64,000 nt of DNA from positions 1 through 64,000 of IMG/VR virus record IMGVR_UViG_3300032287_003113; one strand, written 5' to 3'. Under the pieces are notes generated by a model. It was given only the letters and a program-made list of their open reading frames with translations. It was not told the DNA's origin and did not search any database. A program made the translations under genes and the position numbers. This document shows, in pieces, positions 21,984 to 30,303 of the stretch (positions are counted from its first letter, which is position 1; each line of letters begins with the position of its first letter).

Positions 21984-22677
21984 AACAACAAAAGATAGAA
22001 TTCACAATATTGAAACCGACGATGCAGAAATTGTTGATTGGTTTGATCGTCCAGACGTGACCATGACTGACTGCATTCTAGATCAGCTCAACAATGAACG
22101 TCTATACGATCCGGTACTGGCCAACAAAGAAAATTTAATCATGCTCGATGTTGGGGCAAACATAGGACTGTTTAGTTTGTATGCTCAGGACAGCGCCAAA
22201 CAGATCATTTGCCTAGAGCCAACTCCTAACACACTTGGCATTTTAGAAAAACTCACAGCCGGCATTGACTGTATTAAAATAGCACCTGTTGCTCTCAGCG
22301 ACAGTGATGGAGAAATTATATTTTACATCAATGAAAACCCCACAATCAATTCCGTGGTAAATCAAGTTGGTACAGAAGTTCGAGTACAAGCTCGCACCAT
22401 TGAAACTGTGCTACGAGAGCAGGCTCTTGACTGGGTGGACTTTGTCAAATGCGATATTGAAGGCTCAGAAATGTTGGCCATTACTGAAGCCACAATTGAT
22501 CCAGTCAAGGACAAGATTGGTAGTTGGTTCATTGAAGTGCATCAAACCAATGGCAACACTGGTGCACCATGGCCTGGAAACTTGGAAGATAACAGACAGC
22601 AACTACTTGCTGTTTTACGCAATGCTGGATACTCAGCAGAACCAATTATTCACGATCAAATATTTGCATGGAAATGA
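21967..22677 (+). CDS. FkbM family methyltransferase
   Basis: DVGANIG, VKCDIEGSE. Confidence 0.85.
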   Translation: MLKQIKTTKDRIHNIETDDAEIVDWFDRPDVTMTDCILDQLNNERLYDPVLANKENLIMLDVGANIGLFSLYAQDSAKQIICLEPTPNTLGILEKLTAGIDCIKIAPVALSDSDGEIIFYINENPTINSVVNQVGTEVRVQARTIETVLREQALDWVDFVKCDIEGSEMLAITEATIDPVKDKIGSWFIEVHQTNGNTGAPWPGNLEDNRQQLLAVLRNAGYSAEPIIHDQIFAWK

Positions 22678-23288
22678 CACCTTTACAACGCAGAGTAGTT
22701 GACATTACATATCAGGAAAGACTGAGTCATCTCAGTTCAACCTTGAGTGCTTTGCCTATCATTGAAGAAATTTATGCTGAACGCCAAGCGGATGAAGTAT
22801 TCATCCTGAGCAACGGTCATGCTGGATTGGCCCTGTATGTTGTGTTAGAAAAATATTACGGAGTAGATCCTGTTGCCTTGTTACATAAACACGGTATACA
22901 CCCAGGTAAAGATTTAGAAAATCATTTGTACTGTAGTACAGGCAGTTTGGGGTCAGGATTACCTATTGCTGTAGGACACGCACTGGCTACTCCACACAAG
23001 AAGGTCTACTGTATGATTTCAGACGGCGAGTGTGCCGAAGGTAGTATTTGGGAAAGTTTACGTTTTATTAACGAGCATCCGGTTGATAATTTAGAAGTGT
23101 ATGTGAATGTCAACGGACTGGGTGCATACGATAGCATTGACTCTGCGTACCTAATTCAACGCTTACAATGTTTTTTACCACGCATCCGCATCAAACAAAG
23201 TGATCCACTGAGATGGTCATTTGCCCAAGATTTGCTGACACACTACTATGTATTAAATGAAGAAAATTATCAGGAGATCGTCAGATGA
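22668..23288 (+). CDS. Transketolase-like, ThDP-binding N-terminal subunit
   Basis: LSNGHA, STGSLGSGL, SDGECAEGSIWE. Confidence 0.85.
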   Translation: MEMTPLQRRVVDITYQERLSHLSSTLSALPIIEEIYAERQADEVFILSNGHAGLALYVVLEKYYGVDPVALLHKHGIHPGKDLENHLYCSTGSLGSGLPIAVGHALATPHKKVYCMISDGECAEGSIWESLRFINEHPVDNLEVYVNVNGLGAYDSIDSAYLIQRLQCFLPRIRIKQSDPLRWSFAQDLLTHYYVLNEENYQEIVR

Positions 23289-23767
23289 GAAAAGAATGTG
23301 CTCAGTTACTCCTGGAAGAAATGAGTGTGAACGATCGCATACGTGTGGTCACTGCCGACTTGGGTTTTGGTATCTTAGATCATATCCGTAATGCATACCC
23401 GGATCGTTTTTATAACGTGGGTGCTGCAGAACAACTGATGATTGGTGTGGCTGTGGGCATGGCCGAGAATGGATTGATTCCTGTGTGTTATTCAATGAGT
23501 AGTTTCTTGTTGTATCGTCCATTTGAATTCTTACGTAATTATGTTGACTACGAAGGCATCAATGTCAAACTGTTAGGATCAGGTCGCAACAAAGATTATA
23601 GTCATGATGGAATTAGCCATTGGGCACACGATGATGAAAAAGTATTACAGGCATTGCCAAACATTGAAATGTACAAGCCAGGTAGTTTAGAAGAACTTGA
23701 TATGAATTTTGATCAATGGATCAACAGCACCAAACCTGGCTACTTAAACTTAACGAGAAAAATATGA
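23285..23767 (+). CDS. Transketolase-like, pyrimidine-binding subunit
   Basis: TADLG, NVGAAEQ, DGISH. Confidence 0.85.
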   Translation: MRKECAQLLLEEMSVNDRIRVVTADLGFGILDHIRNAYPDRFYNVGAAEQLMIGVAVGMAENGLIPVCYSMSSFLLYRPFEFLRNYVDYEGINVKLLGSGRNKDYSHDGISHWAHDDEKVLQALPNIEMYKPGSLEELDMNFDQWINSTKPGYLNLTRKI

Positions 23768-24708
23768 AACGTGTAGTATATGTAACCGGATGTTTGGGAT
23801 TGATAGGCAGTCACGTGACTCGTGCTTGTTTAAATAAAGGATGGTATGTTCGCGGAGTAGACAGCGTGACCTATGCGGCCACTGCCAACATAGATGAATT
23901 TTTTGATTATGAAAATTTTACGTTTGAAGAGTCGGATATCAACGATATTGAACGCCTATACAACTGTGATTACATTATTAATACAGCCGCAGAAACACAC
24001 GTGGACAACTCAATACTTTCCAGTGATGTGTTCCTAAAGAGCAACATCAATGGTGTACACCATTTGCTAGAACTCATCAAAGAGGCCAAACACAAGCCAA
24101 CTCTGCTACACTTTAGCACAGACGAAGTTTACGGCGATCTAGTTGACGGTTTTCACCAAGAAACTGACCTGCTCAAGCCAAGTAATCCTTATAGTGCTAC
24201 CAAGGCAGCCGCAGATCAATTGATACTGGCTTGGGCTCGTACATTCAATGTGCCTTATGTGATTGTGCGTCCAACCAACAACTATGGTATTGGACAATAC
24301 ATTGAAAAATTTATTCCTACCAGCATCAAGGCACTGAGCTTGGGTCGTCCTATTCCCTTACACGATGCTGGTTTACCCAAGCGTACCTGGCTACACGCAA
24401 GTGACACAGCCGAAGCCATTATTACTTTAATCGAAGCCGGTGTGCAAAACGATATCTTTAACATTTCAGGCAACTACGAAGAACAAAACATTGTGGTTGC
24501 TAAAAAGATTATCGACATGTACTACTTGGGTGGATGTAAAGGATTGTATGATGAGCATCTCGATACAGGTATCAAGCGTCAAGGACAGGATGTGCGTTAT
24601 GCAATTGATGACGCCAAAATAAAAGCCCTGGGTTGGATGCCCCGGGCCAATTTTGATACAGAACTACGAGCAATAGTGGATCACTACGCTAAAAACTTCG
24701 TCTGGTAA
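23764..24708 (+). CDS. NDP-sugar 4,6-dehydratase (second RmlB-like gene)
   Basis: AAETHVDNS, STDEVYG, PYSATK, RQGQDVRY. Confidence 0.85.
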   Translation: MKRVVYVTGCLGLIGSHVTRACLNKGWYVRGVDSVTYAATANIDEFFDYENFTFEESDINDIERLYNCDYIINTAAETHVDNSILSSDVFLKSNINGVHHLLELIKEAKHKPTLLHFSTDEVYGDLVDGFHQETDLLKPSNPYSATKAAADQLILAWARTFNVPYVIVRPTNNYGIGQYIEKFIPTSIKALSLGRPIPLHDAGLPKRTWLHASDTAEAIITLIEAGVQNDIFNISGNYEEQNIVVAKKIIDMYYLGGCKGLYDEHLDTGIKRQGQDVRYAIDDAKIKALGWMPRANFDTELRAIVDHYAKNFVW

Positions 24709-24870
24709 TTACTCTGCTTCATTGGAACTAACACGTTCACCAAGATACTGTTTGACAACACGAACCAATTTGCGTTCAGTATCATAAACAAACTCTTTGG
24801 CTTCTTCTTCGGTATTGACTACCAAAATAAAACCATTTGCCGCACGGCGAATTTCAAGTGATTCAAACAT
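24709..24870 (-). CDS. Small hypothetical protein (53 aa)
   Basis: MFESLEIRRAANGFILVV... with GGAG RBS and a promoter upstream; below the ORF-track cutoff. Confidence 0.6.
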   Translation of the reverse strand: MFESLEIRRAANGFILVVNTEEEAKEFVYDTERKLVRVVKQYLGERVSSNEAE

Positions 24871-24901
24871 ATACTACTCCAATAAGGGTTGACTAGTAGC
24901 T

Positions 24902-24930
24902 AGTATAGCACGGTTGCCATTAAAGGTCAA
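24902..24930 (-). promoter_or_regulatory. sigma70-type promoter
   Basis: TTGACC-N17-TATACT. Confidence 0.7.
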
Positions 24931-24939
24931 TGCCTTTGG

Positions 24940-25116
24940 TTATCTGCCGCGACCGGCGGATTTTTTGGCTGGTTTGTTTGTGCTGACTTGACCGCCGTGT
25001 TTGGCGGCTTGTACATGTGCTGTTTTGGTTCCGGGCACTCGTGGATTGGCTGCTACAGCCTTGGCGGCGTTGGCCATGTTGATAAAAGGATTTTTGGATT
25101 TTTTAGTGTCTGTCAT
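24940..25116 (-). CDS. Small basic Lys/Ala-rich protein (58 aa)
   Basis: MTDTKKSKNPFINMANAAKAV...SAGRGR. Confidence 0.55.
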   Translation of the reverse strand: MTDTKKSKNPFINMANAAKAVAANPRVPGTKTAHVQAAKHGGQVSTNKPAKKSAGRGR

Positions 25117-25118
25117 AA

Positions 25119-25607
25119 TTAGAAAGTGTATTTAAAATTCATTCCGGTATAAGTTGCTTTGTCGTAAGTTCCTTGTTGCCATAAAAATGTGCTTATACAA
25201 GCACTAAATTTGGTTTCATCAAATCTTCTGCATACTTGTCCGAATACCATTGCTTTGGTTTCGTGGTTCCATCTAGATGTTTGATACCCGGTTGAAATCT
25301 GTGGTGTCAAGTGTATACTCCAGTTGTTTTTTGACCATACATCAAATGTGGACACAAGACTTTTAGCAGTTCTTCCCATACTGTTATTGTTTACTTTGAC
25401 TCCGATGGCAATGCCATCTGTAAAATAATATCCAACACCAACACCAAAATTCATGTTGTCTCCACCAAAGGAAGCACGAGTGGTCTCTTTTTCCCAGTGG
25501 TACCCAGGACCAATTGCTTGAATATACATATCGCCCTTGTTGCCGGCTGATGCCAAATTGGAAATTGTTAGAGCACTCAAAAACAGCAAAAAATAAATTT
25601 TTTTCAT
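25119..25607 (-). CDS. Small outer-membrane beta-barrel protein (PagP-like layout)
   Basis: Signal peptide, alternating aromatic strands, YH..N.N.G.G.GY..NS pattern, C-terminal Phe. Confidence 0.55.
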   Translation of the reverse strand: MKKIYFLLFLSALTISNLASAGNKGDMYIQAIGPGYHWEKETTRASFGGDNMNFGVGVGYYFTDGIAIGVKVNNNSMGRTAKSLVSTFDVWSKNNWSIHLTPQISTGYQTSRWNHETKAMVFGQVCRRFDETKFSACISTFLWQQGTYDKATYTGMNFKYTF

Positions 25608-25637
25608 TTTATATCTCAATTAGTTTATCGAGTTTAA

Positions 25638-25666
25638 ATTATACATTAAAATTTATTATAGGTCAA
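25638..25666 (-). promoter_or_regulatory. sigma70-type promoter
   Basis: TTGACC-N17-TATAAT. Confidence 0.75.
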
Positions 25667-25670
25667 CCTA

Positions 25671-25744
25671 TGGTGCCCCTTGACAGAATCGAACTGCCAA
25701 TTGATGATTACAAATCAACTGTTATACCATTTAACTAAAGGGGC
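25671..25744 (-). tRNA. tRNA-Thr(UGU)
   Basis: Cloverleaf, loop TT-TGT-AA, GTTCGA, encoded CCA. Confidence 0.92.
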
Positions 25745-25769
25745 CGTATAAAACTGTATTTTACTTGTT

Positions 25770-26297
25770 TTAGTTGGCTTTGTCAATGAGATCGGTTAAA
25801 ACAGCGTTACCCGATACTTTTCTGTATCTGTGCGATTGACTTTTAAGTATCTCCAATGGAGCACTTTCTTTAAAAGGGTTGTGCCAAATACGTTCTGGTT
25901 CGCCGTTGTTAATAATAATCACATATTGCCAGTATCTGGCCAAATCAAATGTTTCTTTTTTGTACTTATAATGTTCTGCCAATGCTTGTACAAATGCCAT
26001 GTCTCTGTCAGGTAGCCCTATTAAGGTTGGTGCTCTCTTTTCAATGTGCGGCCCTATTAACCAATCCGTTGAGTCAACTACATAAATTTTGTCAATGCCT
26101 AATTCTTTAAACTGAGCGTAGTTACTTGTAAAACTGTCTAGTTGTAACCCTGAACACATTGTACGAAAATTTGTTAAAGAAAAAACAATCACACGGAGAT
26201 TGGCAAACAGATCATCATAATCAAATGTTGCTATCTGATTATGATGAAATGTTTTAAATGTTAGTTGTTTAAGTGTTTGTTGAAACAGTGAGTTCAC
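25770..26297 (-). CDS. Redoxin/Prx5-like protein (divergent)
   Basis: VIVFSL..FRTMCS (cf. FTPTCS), ELGIDKIYVV, LPD. Confidence 0.55.
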   Translation of the reverse strand: MNSLFQQTLKQLTFKTFHHNQIATFDYDDLFANLRVIVFSLTNFRTMCSGLQLDSFTSNYAQFKELGIDKIYVVDSTDWLIGPHIEKRAPTLIGLPDRDMAFVQALAEHYKYKKETFDLARYWQYVIIINNGEPERIWHNPFKESAPLEILKSQSHRYRKVSGNAVLTDLIDKAN

Positions 26298-26300
26298 AAA

Positions 26301-27287
26301 TTATGCTTTGATAATTCCGTCGATTAGGCCTGGATAGAAGAAGTCGCGATACTTGTCGTATAGCGGAGCAACAGCTTGTTTGAATTTATCTGTATCTTCT
26401 TTGTTTAGTTCTGTGTAAGTTACGCCAATGTCGCTGTGATCTTTTTTAGCAGCAAACGCTTCAGCTTCCTCAACTGACCACTTGCGTTCTAGGCGACTAG
26501 CGTATTTGCATGCTTCGCTAAACTTGGCTTGTTCATCTTCGCTTAATGTAGCTAAGAATTTGTTGCCAATAATAATACTAGTCAAGAACAAATTGTGTTT
26601 GGTGTTGACCATGTACCTCTTGCTTGTATTCTTGAACTGTGCTAGGTAACGTGGAATAGTTGTTTCGAGAGCATCGGCACCAATGCCTTCTTGTTTGAAA
26701 AAGTCTGGGTCAAGATATAGATCTCGCATTGAAAAAACTTGCGGAATAGCACCAATGGCTTCGCAAGTGTCAACAGTTACAGGATTATTTGTTGTGGCGA
26801 ACCCAATACCGCTTAGACTATCTAAATCGCTGATTGGTTTTTCGCTAACGATACAGCGGAATCCACCTGAATATGTAAACTCCATACCTATAGCTGGACT
26901 TTTGTCTTTTAGGCCGTCTAACATCTTACGACCAATTGGGCCTTCTAGTACACGTTTTGCATGATCGTGATCTTGGAAAATAAACGGCATTTCCAATGCC
27001 AAAAACTCCGGGCTATGCCAACGAGCTAAATCAACAACATGCATTTGACTCATTTGAATATCGCCGGAGTCAATTAACATCATTGGGTCAGCTTTAAAAT
27101 ATAATGATGAATCTCTCATTTTTTTGTCAGGATATTTGTTGCTGTATTCTTTTAAAGTAAAAATTTCTACTTCAAATTTGCCGTCGGTTAATTCGGCAAT
27201 TTTTTCTTTAAATGCTTCGGCTGTGCGTAGGAACAAATTTATAGGTTCGTGTGCGATTAACCAGGTGATTTTTTTCTTTTGATTCAT
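26301..27287 (-). CDS. TRAP DctP-family solute-binding protein without signal peptide
   Basis: F.E.I.ELTDGKFEVEIF, GDIQM, LEMPFIFQD.DHA, GGFR. Confidence 0.8.
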   Translation of the reverse strand: MNQKKKITWLIAHEPINLFLRTAEAFKEKIAELTDGKFEVEIFTLKEYSNKYPDKKMRDSSLYFKADPMMLIDSGDIQMSQMHVVDLARWHSPEFLALEMPFIFQDHDHAKRVLEGPIGRKMLDGLKDKSPAIGMEFTYSGGFRCIVSEKPISDLDSLSGIGFATTNNPVTVDTCEAIGAIPQVFSMRDLYLDPDFFKQEGIGADALETTIPRYLAQFKNTSKRYMVNTKHNLFLTSIIIGNKFLATLSEDEQAKFSEACKYASRLERKWSVEEAEAFAAKKDHSDIGVTYTELNKEDTDKFKQAVAPLYDKYRDFFYPGLIDGIIKA

Positions 27288-27340
27288 GGGATTCTCCAAT
27301 AGGATTTTGTATTATATATTTATACTTGCGCCTAGGATTC

Positions 27341-27591
27341 AATAAGTTTGGGCACATTAAAATCTGCTTTTCGACTGTGGACCACAATGCCAACGGGTCG
27401 CTATCCCGCATTAAATGGCTTGCTCTCCCGAGCATTTTTCATGGAATCTCGATCGCTGTTGCTGTTTTAAAATTGCTTGTACCCTCGGGAGTACCCGATT
27501 TAACATGCCATGCCACGGGGCCAATACTACCTACTGCAACAGGACTACCACAAGTATCAGATGGTCGCCACACCATGTGCCCAAACTTATT
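27341..27591 (-). ncRNA. Candidate ~250-nt structured ncRNA
   Basis: Perfect 17-bp terminal inverted repeat, several internal helices, own promoter. Confidence 0.65.
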
Positions 27592-27603
27592 AACTCGTAT
27601 ACT

Positions 27604-27632
27604 AGTATACACTATATGTCTATGTTATGCAA
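27604..27632 (-). promoter_or_regulatory. sigma70-type promoter for the ncRNA candidate
   Basis: TTGCAT-N17-TATACT. Confidence 0.6.
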
Positions 27633-28008
27633 CCCAGCCCTGTCCGGAAATTGCATGGAACCAGGGATAAAATGAGCTGGGGATATCAAACTGCCATGTA
27701 CCTTCCTGATCAATCCATGCTGTTGGTGGCTGTGCCAAATGTTGATATCGTGGTAATACTTCTGTGCCGTTTACCGTTAATAGTTTGATCTCCACTGCAC
27801 CGCCGTTTGCGTCTACCACTGTACATTTTAAGTTTATAGGGCTAAACAAATCTATACTATAGTTAGTGTCTAGGTCCGTTATCAAATGTCCATTGAGACG
27901 CATACGATAATGTATGTTGCCGTGGGCAACTATGACCAATCGTACTTGCAATTGATCCGAGGTTTTAATATCCAATACGTCGGAGAAAGTGTTTATATCT
28001 TGGTGCAT
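27625..28008 (-). CDS. Hypothetical protein
   Basis: 127 aa; ends FYPWFHAISGQGW; overlaps the radical SAM gene. Confidence 0.55.
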   Translation of the reverse strand: MHQDINTFSDVLDIKTSDQLQVRLVIVAHGNIHYRMRLNGHLITDLDTNYSIDLFSPINLKCTVVDANGGAVEIKLLTVNGTEVLPRYQHLAQPPTAWIDQEGTWQFDIPSSFYPWFHAISGQGWVA

Positions 28009-29260
28009 AATCTAGTATCGTGTTGTTCCTGATTGTTTCAAAACTTTTTAAGAAACTGACTAATTCTTTCAGTGATTCCTCTGCATCTGCAGGCGGGGTG
28101 TATGTTTTAACAAACTCCAGGTACTCAGTGGCCAACTGTGCAATAATCTCGTGACTTAAATCACTTCTGCGAGTATTCACTTGCGGAGTATACGATCCTA
28201 ATCGATCAACCACAGCCTGTAACTTTGCAACGGTTTCTTGTCTGATATCGTCTGGCATCAGTTCCATACGCAAACAACGTGGTTGGTGCAATATGTTACA
28301 GCTCTCGGCGATAATGTTGTGTTCGATCATGAACTCAAAAACTTGGTCCAGTTCGCTGATAGTAAACAAGTTAGGAGTGATACGTAGTTCTAGTTTTAAT
28401 CCGGGATTACGATCACGCAAGGCCACAAACTTGAGAATGTTTGCCAAGATCTGATCAGTAGGTCCTGGATAACGCACATAATCGTTTAATGACGTAACTG
28501 ACTCTATACTGATACCTAGATGAAACTCTTGGAATCTAGGTATCAATTGTTCTATACGTTCATCGTATATTGTGCCGTTGGTAGTTGTGCCAACTATTAG
28601 ATCTTGTCCATCCAAGTGCTCGCAAATGTCGTAGAAGGCTTGATTATATAATGTTTCTCCACCCAGGAAGTGTATGTAACGTATGTATGGAAACGATTTT
28701 AACTCTGCAACAAAGCGATTGACTGTTGCTGAATCTTCAGTCCAAGACTGATACGGCTTGGGTTCAGCAAATAATCGACTATCCAGCTTGTTTAATTTTT
28801 TATAGTCTGCAACAAGACGTGAGCTTGCTGTGGGGTCGCACATGATACAGGCACTATTACAAGTATTACCTAGGTCTATTTGTAAATCTGTTGGAAAATG
28901 TGGGCTGGCACCCGCATGACTGTTGCTGTATTCAAATACAGGCAAGTGTGGGCTAGAACGAAAGGTTAATGGAAACTCTGCAAGACCAATAGCACTTTTG
29001 TTTAGTTGTCTAACACGACCCGAAAGTTTTCCAAACTGATCTTGGTAGTAACAAGGCTCACACTCTTTGGGTTTGTTGCCGGCTAATAGTTGTTGACGCA
29101 GGTCTCTCATGGGCCCACTGTTGTAAAAATCCATCAGCGAAGTTGTGCGTATGTTGAAGTCGGTAGCACCGTTTTTGCTCCAGCGACACACATCATAACT
29201 ACCATCGTAAGTTAATCTAATGTGGAACCAGGGACTTGAACAGAATGTGTTTTTTAACAT
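27965..29260 (-). CDS. Radical SAM protein with N-terminal twitch-like domain
   Basis: FCSSPW...C...CEPC; CNSACIMC; LGGETL. Confidence 0.88.
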   Translation of the reverse strand: MLKNTFCSSPWFHIRLTYDGSYDVCRWSKNGATDFNIRTTSLMDFYNSGPMRDLRQQLLAGNKPKECEPCYYQDQFGKLSGRVRQLNKSAIGLAEFPLTFRSSPHLPVFEYSNSHAGASPHFPTDLQIDLGNTCNSACIMCDPTASSRLVADYKKLNKLDSRLFAEPKPYQSWTEDSATVNRFVAELKSFPYIRYIHFLGGETLYNQAFYDICEHLDGQDLIVGTTTNGTIYDERIEQLIPRFQEFHLGISIESVTSLNDYVRYPGPTDQILANILKFVALRDRNPGLKLELRITPNLFTISELDQVFEFMIEHNIIAESCNILHQPRCLRMELMPDDIRQETVAKLQAVVDRLGSYTPQVNTRRSDLSHEIIAQLATEYLEFVKTYTPPADAEESLKELVSFLKSFETIRNNTILDYAPRYKHFLRRIGY

Positions 29261-29265
29261 ATATT

Positions 29266-29355
29266 TGGCGGAGAGTCAGGGATTCGAACCCTGGATAATA
29301 TTGCTACTATGCCGGTTTAGTAGACCGGTGCCTTCAGCCGCTCGGCCAACTCTCC
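29266..29355 (-). tRNA. tRNA-Ser(ACU), unusual A34 anticodon
   Basis: Long variable arm, G73, CCGGT-CTACTAA-ACCGG, CCA end. Confidence 0.9.
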
Positions 29356-29382
29356 ATAAATACTTTTTTATAAAGGCAAAAC

Positions 29383-29658
29383 ATGAAAAAATTAATATTT
29401 CTATTGGCAACATTCTTTTATGTTTCTGCCATGGCTTTTACTACTCAAAAACCTGTTGACTGTTTTGGAACACCTGAAGTTACCAAAATGCTACGAGAAG
29501 AATTCAACGAAGTCATCATATTTGACAGTATCAACAACCTGACCGGCAAAAGCAGAATTTCTTTGTTTGTAAATTCTAAAACTGGAACATGGACCTTGGT
29601 TGAATACGACAACGACAATGCCTGCATTTTAGGTGCTGGTCAAAGTCGTTCCACCTGA
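29383..29658 (+). CDS. Small secreted protein
   Basis: Signal peptide, two Cys, TGTWTLVE...ACIL. Confidence 0.65.
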   Translation: MKKLIFLLATFFYVSAMAFTTQKPVDCFGTPEVTKMLREEFNEVIIFDSINNLTGKSRISLFVNSKTGTWTLVEYDNDNACILGAGQSRST

Positions 29659-30080
29659 CTGACTTCCACGCCCGACTTAGTTAAAAAATCAACGCCGGTG
29701 GTATCTCTGTAGGCTGTGCCAAACCACACCCGAGCTATACCACTTTGATATATCAGTTTGGCACAGTCTAAGCAAGGGCTGTGAGTAACAAATAGATCAG
29801 CACCATGCCCAGACTCATTGCTACGTGCCAGTTTTGCGATAGCATTTGTTTCAGCATGGAGAACTTCTGGTTTGGTTTTAAGTTCATGATGTCCATCCTC
29901 TCTAAGTTCTATTATTTCTTCGCAGTCATTGTCCCAACCGGCGGGCATGCCATTATAACCAATACTGATGATCCTATCATCCTTGACCACAATAGCACCC
30001 ACATGCAATCTACGAGCGTGACTGAGTTCAGCAAATGTTCTTGCTGTTTGCATGTAGGCTTGTACTAACTTGTCTTTCAT
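29640..30080 (-). CDS. dCMP deaminase (ComEB-like)
   Basis: VGAIVV, SIGYNG, HAETNAI, SPCLDC. Confidence 0.88.
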   Translation of the reverse strand: MKDKLVQAYMQTARTFAELSHARRLHVGAIVVKDDRIISIGYNGMPAGWDNDCEEIIELREDGHHELKTKPEVLHAETNAIAKLARSNESGHGADLFVTHSPCLDCAKLIYQSGIARVWFGTAYRDTTGVDFLTKSGVEVSQVERL

Positions 30081-30295
30081 TTTACCTTGGCCAGATAATC
30101 GACTACATTTAAGTGGCCTTTTTGTGCTTCCAACAATGCGTCCACTGCTGTGACATGAGCTCCGGATTCTCTAGCACGGATTTTAAGTTCACGCACCCGC
30201 TGGGCGGCTGCAACAACTAGGTCAAACCGGCCAACACCTGTTTTGTCAATACATTTTTCAACATCTACTTCTGATGCACGAGTTTCTTTTCTCAT
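30077..30295 (-). CDS. rpoZ: RNA polymerase omega subunit-like protein
   Basis: VEKC...GRFDLVVAAAQRVREL...VDALLE. Confidence 0.7.
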   Translation of the reverse strand: MRKETRASEVDVEKCIDKTGVGRFDLVVAAAQRVRELKIRARESGAHVTAVDALLEAQKGHLNVVDYLAKVK

Positions 30296-30303
30296 TTTTT
30301 GCC

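Noticed and set aside
27341-27591. MITE or retron interpretation of the inverted repeat
   Set aside because: No target-site duplication, second copy, transposase or reverse transcriptase seen in the window.
27208-27675. ORFs 27326-27670, 27415-27675 and 27208-27435
   Set aside because: No RBS or recognisable motifs, and they overlap other genes; the pairing pattern fits an RNA better.
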